Shown piece by piece: positions 55,585-64,000 of a stretch of 64,000 bases of DNA. Below the pieces are notes generated by a model. The model did not search any database and was not told where the DNA came from. It saw only the letters and a list, made by a program, of their open reading frames with translations. The position numbers were made by a program, and so were the translations under genes. Each line of letters starts with the position of its first letter. The stretch's first letter is position 1. The DNA comes from an uncultured Lachnospiraceae bacterium (lineage in GTDB: Bacteria > Bacillota > Clostridia > Lachnospirales > Lachnospiraceae), in assembly GCA_910579505.1 (NCBI GenBank), contig CAJTTZ010000011.1, positions 5,482 through 69,481 on the forward strand, in the 5' to 3' direction.

Positions 55585-56073
55585 ATGGAGCAGAAGTGGA
55601 GCTATCTGGTGGAAGAGTACCGTGCCATGCTGTATAGGATTGCCTTCTCTAACATGAAGAACCGGGCGGACGCCGAGGATGCGGTGCAGGAGGCATTTCT
55701 GCGTTACATGAAGGATGAAAAGCCTATTCAGAACAAGGAACATGAGAAGGCCTGGCTGATACGAACCACCATTCATATTTGCCTGGATATTTTAAAAAGC
55801 GGCTGGTATCAAAGGACAGTTCCCTGGAACGAGTCCTCCGCGATTGCGGAAAAAAATATTTATCTGCCTTATCAGGTCAGGGATGACGAAACGCTTGAGG
55901 CGGTGCTGCAGCTGCCTGTACATTACAGGAATCCGATTTATCTTTTTTACTACGAGGATTATTCGATCCATGAAATCGCGGTGATTCTCAATGAAAAAGA
56001 GGGGACGATTAAGACAAGGCTGCGCAGGGGCAGGGAGGAAGTAAAGAAAATTCTGACGGAAGGGAGGCCGTAG
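55585..56073 (+). CDS. ECF-type RNA polymerase sigma factor
   Basis: 162 aa with region 2 (DAEDAVQEAFLRY) and region 4 (YEDYSIHEIAVILNEKEGTIKTRLRRGR). Confidence 0.85.
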   Translation: MEQKWSYLVEEYRAMLYRIAFSNMKNRADAEDAVQEAFLRYMKDEKPIQNKEHEKAWLIRTTIHICLDILKSGWYQRTVPWNESSAIAEKNIYLPYQVRDDETLEAVLQLPVHYRNPIYLFYYEDYSIHEIAVILNEKEGTIKTRLRRGREEVKKILTEGRP

Positions 56074-56076
56074 AAC

Positions 56077-56589
56077 ATGGGTATACAGGAGGTGCAAGGT
56101 CAGGGCAAGACGCCGGCTTATCAGAAAAAGAAGAGGACCGGCCATGGGGAGGGCTTTCAGGAGAGCCTTTTACAGAACCTGAAAAACAGAGATCAGAAAA
56201 AGCAGTCCAACACAGCTTCAGAGACGGAGGCAAAACAGAGCGTTGCTGATGCGCAGATGGGTGCAAAGGAAAACGCGGAAAAAGTGGGCATGGGAAGGAT
56301 CGGCGCAGTGCCGGGCATTCGCGTGAGCGCTGCGGCAATGCAGGAAACCTTACAGGCTGTGGAGGTGAGACATATGAGCTACGAGGAGAGCGATCACGTG
56401 AGAATTGCCGTTACGGAAGGCTATACGCTGAAAGGAAAGCGTGAGGAGGGTGAGGACGCCCGGGTCTATGTGGAAGCGAAGTATGAGGACGGCAGGGTGG
56501 AGGCTTATCAGGTAGATATGGCGAAAGTGCCGGAACAGACGACGCATGTGATCGAACAGTTTGCGCTTGAGACGATGGAAGAGGCATAA
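56077..56589 (+). CDS. hypothetical soluble protein co-transcribed with the ECF sigma
   Basis: 170 aa, starting 3 nt after the sigma stop with a gggagg RBS. It has no hydrophobic segment. Confidence 0.5.
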   Translation: MGIQEVQGQGKTPAYQKKKRTGHGEGFQESLLQNLKNRDQKKQSNTASETEAKQSVADAQMGAKENAEKVGMGRIGAVPGIRVSAAAMQETLQAVEVRHMSYEESDHVRIAVTEGYTLKGKREEGEDARVYVEAKYEDGRVEAYQVDMAKVPEQTTHVIEQFALETMEEA

Positions 56590-56613
56590 TATTTCGAAAG
56601 GAGAAAACGCGTT

Positions 56614-57303
56614 ATGATATATAATAATGCCTATATGGGAAACGGAGGACTTACAGGGTATAAAACAAAAAACACGTCGTTCAATCCGGCGGAAGTTTTG
56701 GAGAAACAGAGAAGGTCGGCGAATAAGTGGAAGATGGAGGAAATGCAGGGGGACGGCGAGCCGGAAAGTTTTGCAGCGAAGTTAAAGCGCGCCGGCGATA
56801 ATGCTGCGTCACAAAAACATCTCACAGCGGACGATTCGATTGCCATTGTGCTGAGACAGATGGATGAACCGACGCCGGGCAATCCGGTGACAGTGGATTT
56901 CATCCATAACGGCGCGCACGTTTCCGTCTGCAAGGACACTTTGTATGGAAATACCATCACCATTGGCGGCAGCTTAAACCCGGAATGGATTTATGTGGAC
57001 ACATCCGTGGGGGCGGTTAAAATAGATCTCAACGATATGACCAGCCTGATGAAGTGTCTGGATCTGTTTTCACCGGAAGACATCAATGCCATTCTCCGAA
57101 AGATTCAGGAAGTAAAGCAGACGAAAGAAGCGCTGAACCAGATTGACAGGATGCAGGACCAGCTGGTGAAAAACGGCGGGGATAAGAAGACTGGCGGCGG
57201 CGCAGACGACGACAGTCAGTCTGTGGGCGAAGCGGTAGGCGTGGTCAGCGCGGAGGAAATGCGCGGCATGGAGGAAAAACAGGAGAAGAAGTTTATCGGT
57301 TGA
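56614..57303 (+). CDS. hypothetical protein
   Basis: 229 aa with a gaaaggag RBS and no recognised motif. Confidence 0.5.
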   Translation: MIYNNAYMGNGGLTGYKTKNTSFNPAEVLEKQRRSANKWKMEEMQGDGEPESFAAKLKRAGDNAASQKHLTADDSIAIVLRQMDEPTPGNPVTVDFIHNGAHVSVCKDTLYGNTITIGGSLNPEWIYVDTSVGAVKIDLNDMTSLMKCLDLFSPEDINAILRKIQEVKQTKEALNQIDRMQDQLVKNGGDKKTGGGADDDSQSVGEAVGVVSAEEMRGMEEKQEKKFIG

Positions 57304-57431
57304 TCTGTCAGCCTCTGTAAGCGAAATAGTGACAGTGTGGCGTATCGGAACCATTTGACGAAACGGGGACGATGCAGTACACTGAAACAGGGAAATATAG
57401 AGCTTATGGTTAAGGAGCGGCAAAGAGACCA

Positions 57432-58274
57432 ATGCAGAAAAAAATAGCGGTAATCAATGATATTGCGGGATACGGAAGATGCGCCATGACGGTGCTTCTT
57501 CCGATTATTTCTTATATGGGCGTGCAGGCATGTCCCCTGCTTACTTCCGTGTTTTCAAGTAACACGGCCTTCCCTGATTTTTATATGGATGACTATACGG
57601 ACCGAATGGAGGCGTATATCGAAAGCTGGACGAAGATCGGGCTGCAGAACAAGTTTGATGGCATTGCCACAGGGTATCTTAGCTCTGTCAGGCAGATTGA
57701 AATAGTGAGACGGTTTGTCAGGGAGTTCTCGAGGGATGACACGCTTGTGATTGTGGACCCGGTGATGGGGGATCACGGCAGATTGTACTCTGCCTATACG
57801 GTAGAGTTGTGTACGGAACTGAGGAAGCTTGTGGCACTGGCGGACATTATCACGCCGAATCTGACGGAAAGCTGCCATCTTGCGGATATTCCCTATAAGG
57901 AGAAAGGGTGGAAGAGAAAGGAGCTTTTCACCATGGCGGAGCGTCTTTCAGAAATGGGACCGTCCCATGTTGTCATTACGGGTATTTTGCAGGGAGAATA
58001 CATCGCGAACTATGTTTATGTGAAAACGGGGTCGGGGAACCCGTCGGCACGGCTGATCCGTGTCCACAGGGCGGGAGAGGAACGGTGCAGTACGGGGGAT
58101 GTGTTTTCCGCGGTTGTCGCGGCAGATGCGGTAAACGGCGTGCCCTTTGACAAGTCTGTCAGGAAGGCGTCCGGCTTTGTGAAGCAGTGCATTGAGAAAG
58201 CGCTGGAACTCGGGACGCCGCCCGCGGAAGGTGTGCCATATGAGGCGGTGCTGTACCGGCTGAAAAGGGGGTAG
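57432..58274 (+). CDS. pdxK: pyridoxal/pyridoxamine kinase (ribokinase superfamily)
   Basis: 280 aa. It carries IAVINDIAGYGRCAMTVLLPIISYMG, FDGIATGYL and DPVMGDHG, with GD near the C-terminus. Confidence 0.75.
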   Translation: MQKKIAVINDIAGYGRCAMTVLLPIISYMGVQACPLLTSVFSSNTAFPDFYMDDYTDRMEAYIESWTKIGLQNKFDGIATGYLSSVRQIEIVRRFVREFSRDDTLVIVDPVMGDHGRLYSAYTVELCTELRKLVALADIITPNLTESCHLADIPYKEKGWKRKELFTMAERLSEMGPSHVVITGILQGEYIANYVYVKTGSGNPSARLIRVHRAGEERCSTGDVFSAVVAADAVNGVPFDKSVRKASGFVKQCIEKALELGTPPAEGVPYEAVLYRLKRG

Positions 58275-58304
58275 GATATTTCACCCTATCAGCCCGTATT
58301 CTGT

Positions 58305-58331
58305 CAAAATTGACTGCAAGCAGTCATTTTG
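58305..58331. terminator. bidirectional hairpin between convergent pdxK-like and MerR genes
   Basis: caaaattgactgc (58305-58317) pairs with gcagtcattttg (58320-58331) with 1 mismatch. Confidence 0.55.
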
Positions 58332-58353
58332 CCATCTTACGTCTGTGCACTGC

Positions 58354-59184
58354 TCAACTGGATAACGGATATTCCAACTCAAACGGGTATCCGTCTTTTT
58401 TGTTTTCTTCGGAGAGTGTGTCTGTCTCGATGACGCAGAAGTCGTCGCTCTTGATTACTTCTTTCATCTCTTCCCTGATGGTCTCAAAGTCTGTCACATG
58501 GGTAGAGATTCTGCGGCAGGCAAAGTTGCCTTCGCTGATGGTGCGGACGTTTTGCCCGGACGATGCTGCAGACGGCGCGTCCCCGGTAATCGTGAGGAAC
58601 ATATGCCGCTGGTATTTGCCGTTTTGGTATTCATGCAGTACGCCGGAGGGATAGGCTACCACTGTGCCAAGCTGCTGGGCGGTGACAAAAAGTTTCAGGA
58701 TATGCTGTCCGTAATATTTGGGGACATCCATTTCATCCAAAGGCACCGTGAGCATTTTCCGGGTCACAATCTCATTGTGGTAGAAGCCGTCAGGCAGCAG
58801 GATACCGCTCTTGCTCTCCGGGATTTTGGCAAGACCTGTCACGGGGCTTGCCATGTTCTGCAGCGTCTCCTGCAGGGTGGCAAGGCAGTTGTGGATATCC
58901 AGAATCTTCTGTTCCGCCAGAATCTTACCGTCATAGAGAAGCTTCTGCAGATTGATGGAGGAATTTTCCACATAGTTGTTTAAGTCCTTTAACGGGATGC
59001 CCAGTTTGATGCAGACGGTGATCGCATCGAGGAGATAGAGCTGGTCCTTTGTATAGTAACGGTAGTTTGTCTCTGTGTTCACGAAAGCCGGTTTGAGAAT
59101 GCCGATCTGGTCGTAGTAACGCAGGGATTTGATGCTCACATTCTTTAATTTAGATACTTTTCCGATAGACATGTACTGACTCAT
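58354..59184 (-). CDS. MerR-family transcriptional regulator with C-terminal effector-binding domain
   Basis: The N-terminal HTH is MSIGKVSKLKNVSIKSLRYYDQIGILKP. The start is placed at ATG 59184 (aggaaa RBS), though 59172 is also possible. Confidence 0.85.
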   Translation of the reverse strand: MSQYMSIGKVSKLKNVSIKSLRYYDQIGILKPAFVNTETNYRYYTKDQLYLLDAITVCIKLGIPLKDLNNYVENSSINLQKLLYDGKILAEQKILDIHNCLATLQETLQNMASPVTGLAKIPESKSGILLPDGFYHNEIVTRKMLTVPLDEMDVPKYYGQHILKLFVTAQQLGTVVAYPSGVLHEYQNGKYQRHMFLTITGDAPSAASSGQNVRTISEGNFACRRISTHVTDFETIREEMKEVIKSDDFCVIETDTLSEENKKDGYPFELEYPLSS

Positions 59185-59364
59185 AGCTTGTTTCCTAAAA
59201 TCCTTTTTCCTATTGTCTTTATTTATTTTAAACTGATTTCTCACCAAACTATACCCGGGGGTAAGAGTTGGTAAGACTTATTTTGTCACAAAAATTTATG
59301 TAAGACAAGCCCTTTTGGGAAACTAGTGGTCGGGAAAATTTGAGGTACAAGATGATGTGTATCA

Positions 59365-59407
59365 TAAAAGGGGAATCAGTTCCGGCGTCGCCGGTAACTG
59401 ATTCCCC
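59365..59407 (-). terminator. strong terminator downstream of the GH94 gene
   Basis: A perfect 12-bp stem, ggggaatcagtt (59370-59381) / aactgattcccc (59396-59407), encloses ccggcg-t-cgccgg. A U-run follows on the minus strand (taaaa at 59365-59369). Confidence 0.8.
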
Positions 59408-59426
59408 CTCATATTTACATTTATGG

Positions 59427-61862
59427 CTAACCCATGGTAACGACTACGTCATACTCGGTTTTTCCCTCCACATACGGAACGATACATCCTTCTACGGATT
59501 TCCCGTCCACGGTGAGAGACTTTACGCCCTTTTCCACGTTATTGGGGTTCACAACTTTGATGTTGTAGGTGCCCTCGCGGAACTTACGGGTTAAGGTAAA
59601 GTCGCCGAAACCTTTGGGTACGCAGGGATCAATGCTGAGTCCCCGGTGGGTGGGATACACGCCGAGAATGTGCTGGGACACGTTCACGAAAGTCCATGCC
59701 GCCGTGCCGGTCAGCCAGCTGTTCTTGGCCTCGCCGGGCGTGCACGCGTCGGCGCCGGCCACCATCTGGGAGTACACATAAGGCTCTGTGCGGTGAATCT
59801 CGCTGATCTCTTCCACATAGGCCGGGCAGGTCTTTTTGTAGATTTCAAAAGCCCGGTCGCCGCGTCCGATCACGGTTTCCGCGATGGAAACCCACGGATT
59901 GTTGTGGCAGAAGATACCGGCGTTTTCCTTATATCCGGGCGGATAGGAGGAGATTTCACCGAGTTCTAAATGATATCTGGTGTAAGCGGGCTGCAGGATC
60001 ATCACGCCGTACTGGGTGTCCAGCTTTTCCTTTACGGAGTCGAGCGCTTTCCTGGCAAGTCCCTCTTTCACGCCGATGCCGGCAAGCGGGCAGAAGCCGT
60101 TGGATTCGATAAAAATCTGTCCCTCGTCGCATTCGCTCGAACCGATTTTTTTGCCGTAGGCGTCGTAGGCGCGGACAAACCAGTCGCCGTCCCAGCCGTC
60201 CTTCAACACGGCGTCATACATCTTCTGGACTTCCGTGCGGGCGCTGTCGGCCTCCGCCTGATTTCCCATAAGCTCACATAACTGTGCGTATTCTTCCCCG
60301 TACTTGACGAACATGCCCGCGATAAACACGGATTCTGCTACAGGTCCTTCGGAGGGCCCAAATGTCTGGAAGGACTCTCCCGGGTGTTCGGAGAAGCAGT
60401 TTAAGTTCAGGCAGTCGTTCCAGTCGGCGCGTCCGATCAGCGGCAGTCCGTGGGGACCTTTGTGGGTCACGATATAGTCAAAGGACCGTTTCAGGTGCTC
60501 CAACAGAGGTTTTGCGAGAGATTCGTCGTTGTCGAAAGGAACCTGTTCTGTTAAAATGGAGGTGTCCCCGGTTTCGCGCACGTAAGCGGAGGTGCCGGCG
60601 ATCAGCCAGAGCGGGTCGTCGTTAAAGCCGCTGCCGATATCGGAGTTGCCCTTCTTTGTGAGGGGCTGATACTGGTGGTAAGCGCTGCCGTCCTCGAACT
60701 GGGTGGAGGCGATGTCGATGATACGCTGCCTTGCGCGGTCCGGGATCAGGTGCACGAAGCCGAGCAGATCCTGACAGGAATCGCGGAAGCCCATGCCGCG
60801 TCCGATACCTGATTCGTAGTAGGAGGCGGAGCGGGACATGTTAAAGGTCACCATGCACTGATACTGGTTCCAGATGTTGACCATGCGGTCTACCTTGTCG
60901 TTGGAGGATTTCACGCTGTACTTGGATAACAGTTCGTTCCAGTACGCGTTAAGGGCGGCAAACGCTTTTTCCACATCCGCGTCGGTGCGGTATTTGGCGA
61001 GCATTGCCTCGGCGGGCTTTTTGTTGATGACGTCCTGCGCTTCCCACTTCTGGTCTTCAGGATTTTCTATGTAGCCCAGAACGAACACAAAGGTTTTGCT
61101 CTCACCGGGTTTTAAGGTAATGTTGATCTGGTGGGACGCGATAGGGGACCAGCCGTGCGCTACGGAGTTTGTGGCCTGTCCCTTTTCCACGGCCTCGGGA
61201 TTTGCAGCGCCGCGGTATGCGCCCAGGAATGCGTCGCGGCTCGTGTCGAAGCCGTCAACGGGAGCATTTACGGAATACACCGCATAGTGGTTTCTTCTCT
61301 CGCGGTACTCTGTTTTGTGATAAATGGACGAACCGACTACCTCCACCTCGCCGGTGCTTAAGTTGCGCTGGAAGTTGCGGGAATCGTCGTCCGCGTTCCA
61401 GAGACACCATTCCACATAGGAGAAGAGTGAAACGGTCTTTTCGCTGTCGCTTTGGTTGGTCAGCTTTATCTGGCTGATCTCGCAGTTGTCATCCATGGGG
61501 ATGAAAGTGAGGACGGAAGCCTCCAGTTTGTTTTTCATGCCCGTGAAACGGCTGTAGCCGATGCCGTGGCGGCACTCGTAGCTGTCGAGCTCCGTCTGGG
61601 TCGGTTTCCAGCCGGGATTCCAGATGCAGCTGCCCTCTCGGATATAGAAGTATTTGCCGTTGATGTCGTTTGGTACGTCATTGTAGCGGTAACGCGTCAT
61701 GCGAAGGAGCTTCGCGTCCTTATAGAAGGTGTAACCGCCGCAGGTGTTGGAGATCAGCGTAAAAAATTCCTTACAGCCCAAGTAGTTGATCCAGGGCAGA
61801 GGCGTCCTGGGTGTGGTGATGACGTACTCGCGGTTTTCGTCATCAAAATAACCAAATTTCAT
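59427..61862 (-). CDS. cellobiose phosphorylase (GH94)
   Basis: 811 aa from ATG 61862: [29 protein letters not shown]...TRYRYNDVP...ECRHGIGYS. This closely matches the N-terminus of characterised clostridial cellobiose phosphorylases as I remember them. Confidence 0.9.
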   Translation of the reverse strand: MKFGYFDDENREYVITTPRTPLPWINYLGCKEFFTLISNTCGGYTFYKDAKLLRMTRYRYNDVPNDINGKYFYIREGSCIWNPGWKPTQTELDSYECRHGIGYSRFTGMKNKLEASVLTFIPMDDNCEISQIKLTNQSDSEKTVSLFSYVEWCLWNADDDSRNFQRNLSTGEVEVVGSSIYHKTEYRERRNHYAVYSVNAPVDGFDTSRDAFLGAYRGAANPEAVEKGQATNSVAHGWSPIASHQINITLKPGESKTFVFVLGYIENPEDQKWEAQDVINKKPAEAMLAKYRTDADVEKAFAALNAYWNELLSKYSVKSSNDKVDRMVNIWNQYQCMVTFNMSRSASYYESGIGRGMGFRDSCQDLLGFVHLIPDRARQRIIDIASTQFEDGSAYHQYQPLTKKGNSDIGSGFNDDPLWLIAGTSAYVRETGDTSILTEQVPFDNDESLAKPLLEHLKRSFDYIVTHKGPHGLPLIGRADWNDCLNLNCFSEHPGESFQTFGPSEGPVAESVFIAGMFVKYGEEYAQLCELMGNQAEADSARTEVQKMYDAVLKDGWDGDWFVRAYDAYGKKIGSSECDEGQIFIESNGFCPLAGIGVKEGLARKALDSVKEKLDTQYGVMILQPAYTRYHLELGEISSYPPGYKENAGIFCHNNPWVSIAETVIGRGDRAFEIYKKTCPAYVEEISEIHRTEPYVYSQMVAGADACTPGEAKNSWLTGTAAWTFVNVSQHILGVYPTHRGLSIDPCVPKGFGDFTLTRKFREGTYNIKVVNPNNVEKGVKSLTVDGKSVEGCIVPYVEGKTEYDVVVTMG

Positions 61863-62133
61863 AATCCATTCTCCTTTTCGTTTGATAAGTGTTCGGTTCC
61901 ATGTAGATTGCCTTGAAATGGAGAAGGGTAAACGATTAAGTAGACCCGTCCCCGGTCGGTTAAACAAATTATACAGAAGAAATGAAAAAAAAGCAATAAT
62001 TATATATTTCTCATGAAAAATCAATAAAATCCGAAAGACATTGCATTAGTTGGCAATGTATTGTAAAATGAAGGTACGAAAACGATTAAGCGGCATGCGG
62101 TATATGCCGGTGTGGATGGCAGAGGGCTAGAAT

Positions 62134-63144
62134 ATGGTATCTATGAAGGATATTTCGGCGGTCTGCGGCGTCTCCGTGGCTACGGTCAGCAAGGCGCTTA
62201 ACGACCAGAGCGATATTGGGCAGGAGACGAAGAAACGGATTCGCAAGGTAGCGGAGGAGATGGGTTACTTTCCCAATACGGCGGCAAAGATGCTGAAAAC
62301 GAACCGCAGTTATAATATAGGGGTTCTGTTTAATCATGAGGATTACAGCGGACTGACTCACGACTACTATGCCTTTGTGCTGGACAGCCTCAAGCGCACG
62401 GTGGAGGAGAAAGGCTATGACATTACTTTTGTCAATACGAGCATACGCCGCGCGGGCGCGACAAGCTATCTGGAGCACTGCAGATCCCGGGGCTTTGACG
62501 GCGTTGCGATTGTCTGTACGGATTTCTATTCGCCGGAAATTTTACAGCTTGTGAGGGGCGGTATTCCCATTGTTACGCTTGACCATCTTTTTAACAATGT
62601 CTGCGCGGTTATGTCCAACAACGTGAAGGGGATGCAGGATTTGCTTACTTACATTTATAATAAGGGACATCGCAGGGTAGCCTATATTCATGGGGCGGAT
62701 TCCGCCGTTACCCAAAGCAGGCTTTCCTCTTTCTATCGGACTGCGGCGCAGCTGGGACTGACGATACCGGATGAGTATATCCGCATGTCTCCCTATCGCG
62801 ATACCAAGGGCACCTATGCGGAGACGTTGAAACTGCTCGAATTAAGGGAGCCGCCTACCTGTATACTATACCCGGATGACTTTTCCGCCTTTGGCGGCTT
62901 TAATGCGATTCAGGAACGGGGACTTCGGATTCCTGGCGATATTTCGATTGCGGGCTATGACGGCATTCGGATTGCAAGGCACATCGAGCCGACGCTGACC
63001 ACGCTGCGGCAGGACACCGAGGAGCTGGGGCGGCTGGTGGGAGAAAAGCTGTTAAGCCTGATCGAGCATCCCAAAACCACGCTGGTGGAGACGATTGTGG
63101 TGGAGGGACATGTATTTGAAGGAAATTCTGTCGGACAAATTTGA
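62134..63144 (+). CDS. LacI-family transcriptional regulator
   Basis: It has the HTH VSMKDISAVCGVSVATVSKALN and a sugar-binding core. It is divergent from the GH94 gene. Confidence 0.9.
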   Translation: MVSMKDISAVCGVSVATVSKALNDQSDIGQETKKRIRKVAEEMGYFPNTAAKMLKTNRSYNIGVLFNHEDYSGLTHDYYAFVLDSLKRTVEEKGYDITFVNTSIRRAGATSYLEHCRSRGFDGVAIVCTDFYSPEILQLVRGGIPIVTLDHLFNNVCAVMSNNVKGMQDLLTYIYNKGHRRVAYIHGADSAVTQSRLSSFYRTAAQLGLTIPDEYIRMSPYRDTKGTYAETLKLLELREPPTCILYPDDFSAFGGFNAIQERGLRIPGDISIAGYDGIRIARHIEPTLTTLRQDTEELGRLVGEKLLSLIEHPKTTLVETIVVEGHVFEGNSVGQI

Positions 63145-63155
63145 GGGAGGGAGCT

Positions 63156-63548
63156 ATGTCGGCGCCGATTTTATTTGACCAGAGCAGGTTAAAGGCATAT
63201 GATGGTCTTATGAGGCTGTGCGAGTTTGCGGGGAAGACCGGGGAGTGGCAGCAGATGCTGTGGGGCGAACTGCTGGTGAATCAGAAGCTTTATGACGCGT
63301 TTGTCTATTATCTGGAGAACCACGGACTGCCGGACGAGCCGAAGTGCGGGGCGTATTCCCTGACAGACTGCTATGTGTGGCAGATCGAGCAGGATAATCT
63401 GCGCATGGACACGGGGAAGAATACCGCAAGCTGCAATAAGGAGGACATGGTGCTCAGATCCTTTATGATGATGGCGGATATGCAGAGGAACCCGGAAGAT
63501 TATGTGAAAAAGCTGGGCGACTGGAAGGGCATGGACCAGACTATGTGA
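63156..63548 (+). CDS. hypothetical protein
   Basis: 130 aa from ATG 63156 after gggaggg (the ORF track starts at TTG 63141). No motif recognised. Confidence 0.45.
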   Translation: MSAPILFDQSRLKAYDGLMRLCEFAGKTGEWQQMLWGELLVNQKLYDAFVYYLENHGLPDEPKCGAYSLTDCYVWQIEQDNLRMDTGKNTASCNKEDMVLRSFMMMADMQRNPEDYVKKLGDWKGMDQTM

Positions 63549-63586
63549 AGGGCGCCGGGACGAAACAGAGGAAAAAGGAAGGAAGT

Positions 63587-64000
63587 ATGGATCGGACGGA
63601 ATTTATCGACAGGCTGCAGAGAGCGCTGGCAGGCGGCGTGAACAGTTCCCGGGTGGCGGAGAATGTGCAGTATTACCGGGACTATATTGATGTGGAGATC
63701 AGAAAGGGAAGAAGCGAGAAAGAAGTGCTTGACAGTCTCGGCGATCCGAGGCTTCTGGCGAAGAGCATTATTGAGGCGAACAAGCGCGCCGGTATCAGCG
63801 AGGGAACGAATCGGACATACGATGAAGAAGCCGGGGACGAACGGGGCCAAGAATGGGGAAAGACGGTGAAGCAAAATGTCATGCGTGCGCCCGGCTGGCT
63901 TATTGCGCTGATTGCGGTGGTGATTTTCCTTTTGATTATAGGAGTGGTTTTTTCCATGATTTCATTTCTGGCGCCGATTATCATCCCGGTGCTGATTGTG
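63587..64000 (+). CDS. DUF1700-like membrane protein (3' end outside window)
   Basis: Not in the ORF track because it is open at the window end. It reads MDRTEFIDRLQRALAGGVNSSRVAENVQYYRDYIDVEIRKGRSEKEVLDSLGDPRLLAKSIIEA, followed by TM segments. Confidence 0.6.
   Translation, partial: MDRTEFIDRLQRALAGGVNSSRVAENVQYYRDYIDVEIRKGRSEKEVLDSLGDPRLLAKSIIEANKRAGISEGTNRTYDEEAGDERGQEWGKTVKQNVMRAPGWLIALIAVVIFLLIIGVVFSMISFLAPIIIPVLIV

Noticed and set aside
61863-62024. 54-codon N-terminal extension of the GH94 ORF in the track
   Set aside because: Characterised cellobiose phosphorylases start MKFG(F/Y)FDD. The extension is AT-rich promoter DNA containing the 11-mer repeat.

Overview
This is a roughly 55% GC chromosomal segment. 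Its protein signatures look like a Clostridia, Lachnospiraceae-type, gut Firmicute. All calls come from reading the sequence and ORF track by eye. No searches were run, so family names rest on motif recognition.

Layout, left to right:
- **1-2834:** the terminal part of an integrative conjugative element (ICE). It carries a large serine recombinase that runs off the window, a truncated VirD4/TraG fragment, a PcfB-like gene, a DUF5348-like gene and an initiator-like wHTH gene with internal tandem repeats. The ICE end abuts a 5'-truncated ABC ATPase gene, so the element appears to have inserted into that gene.
- **4488-7747:** an uncharacterised, translationally coupled pair. It consists of an HSP90-paralog GHKL ATPase and a 404-aa helical partner, preceded by a decayed copy of the partner. 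This is my best candidate for an undescribed system.
- **7769-26516:** housekeeping genes. These are dnaE, an MCP, pfkA, a TrmH-family methyltransferase, proC, a SleB-like hydrolase, NfeD/SPFH, argF, birA, dusB, greA, and a lysS fused to a C-terminal HD domain.
- **26577-34837:** a Cache-GGDEF cyclase, then a LacI/GH32/ABC sugar locus.
- **35003-46051:** an 11-kb signalling cluster that joins two REC-HD-GYP proteins, a stand-alone Hpt, a PAS kinase with a degenerate Hpt-like tail, and cheR-cheB-cheY-cheA-cheW-MCP.
- **46229-49431:** two FtsX-type permeases with no ATPase nearby.
- **49582-50903:** tRNA-Arg(ACG), whose 3' 19 bp are repeated 760 bp downstream. The repeats bracket an integrase-less islet with a two-gene TA-like pair. 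A very AT-rich islet follows.
- **50904-64000:** lgt, a GntR-ABC module, an ECF sigma operon, pdxK-like, MerR, GH94 cellobiose phosphorylase with LacI, and a partial DUF1700-like gene.

A family of nested-hairpin intergenic repeats recurs at least six times. No CRISPR array or rRNA was seen.
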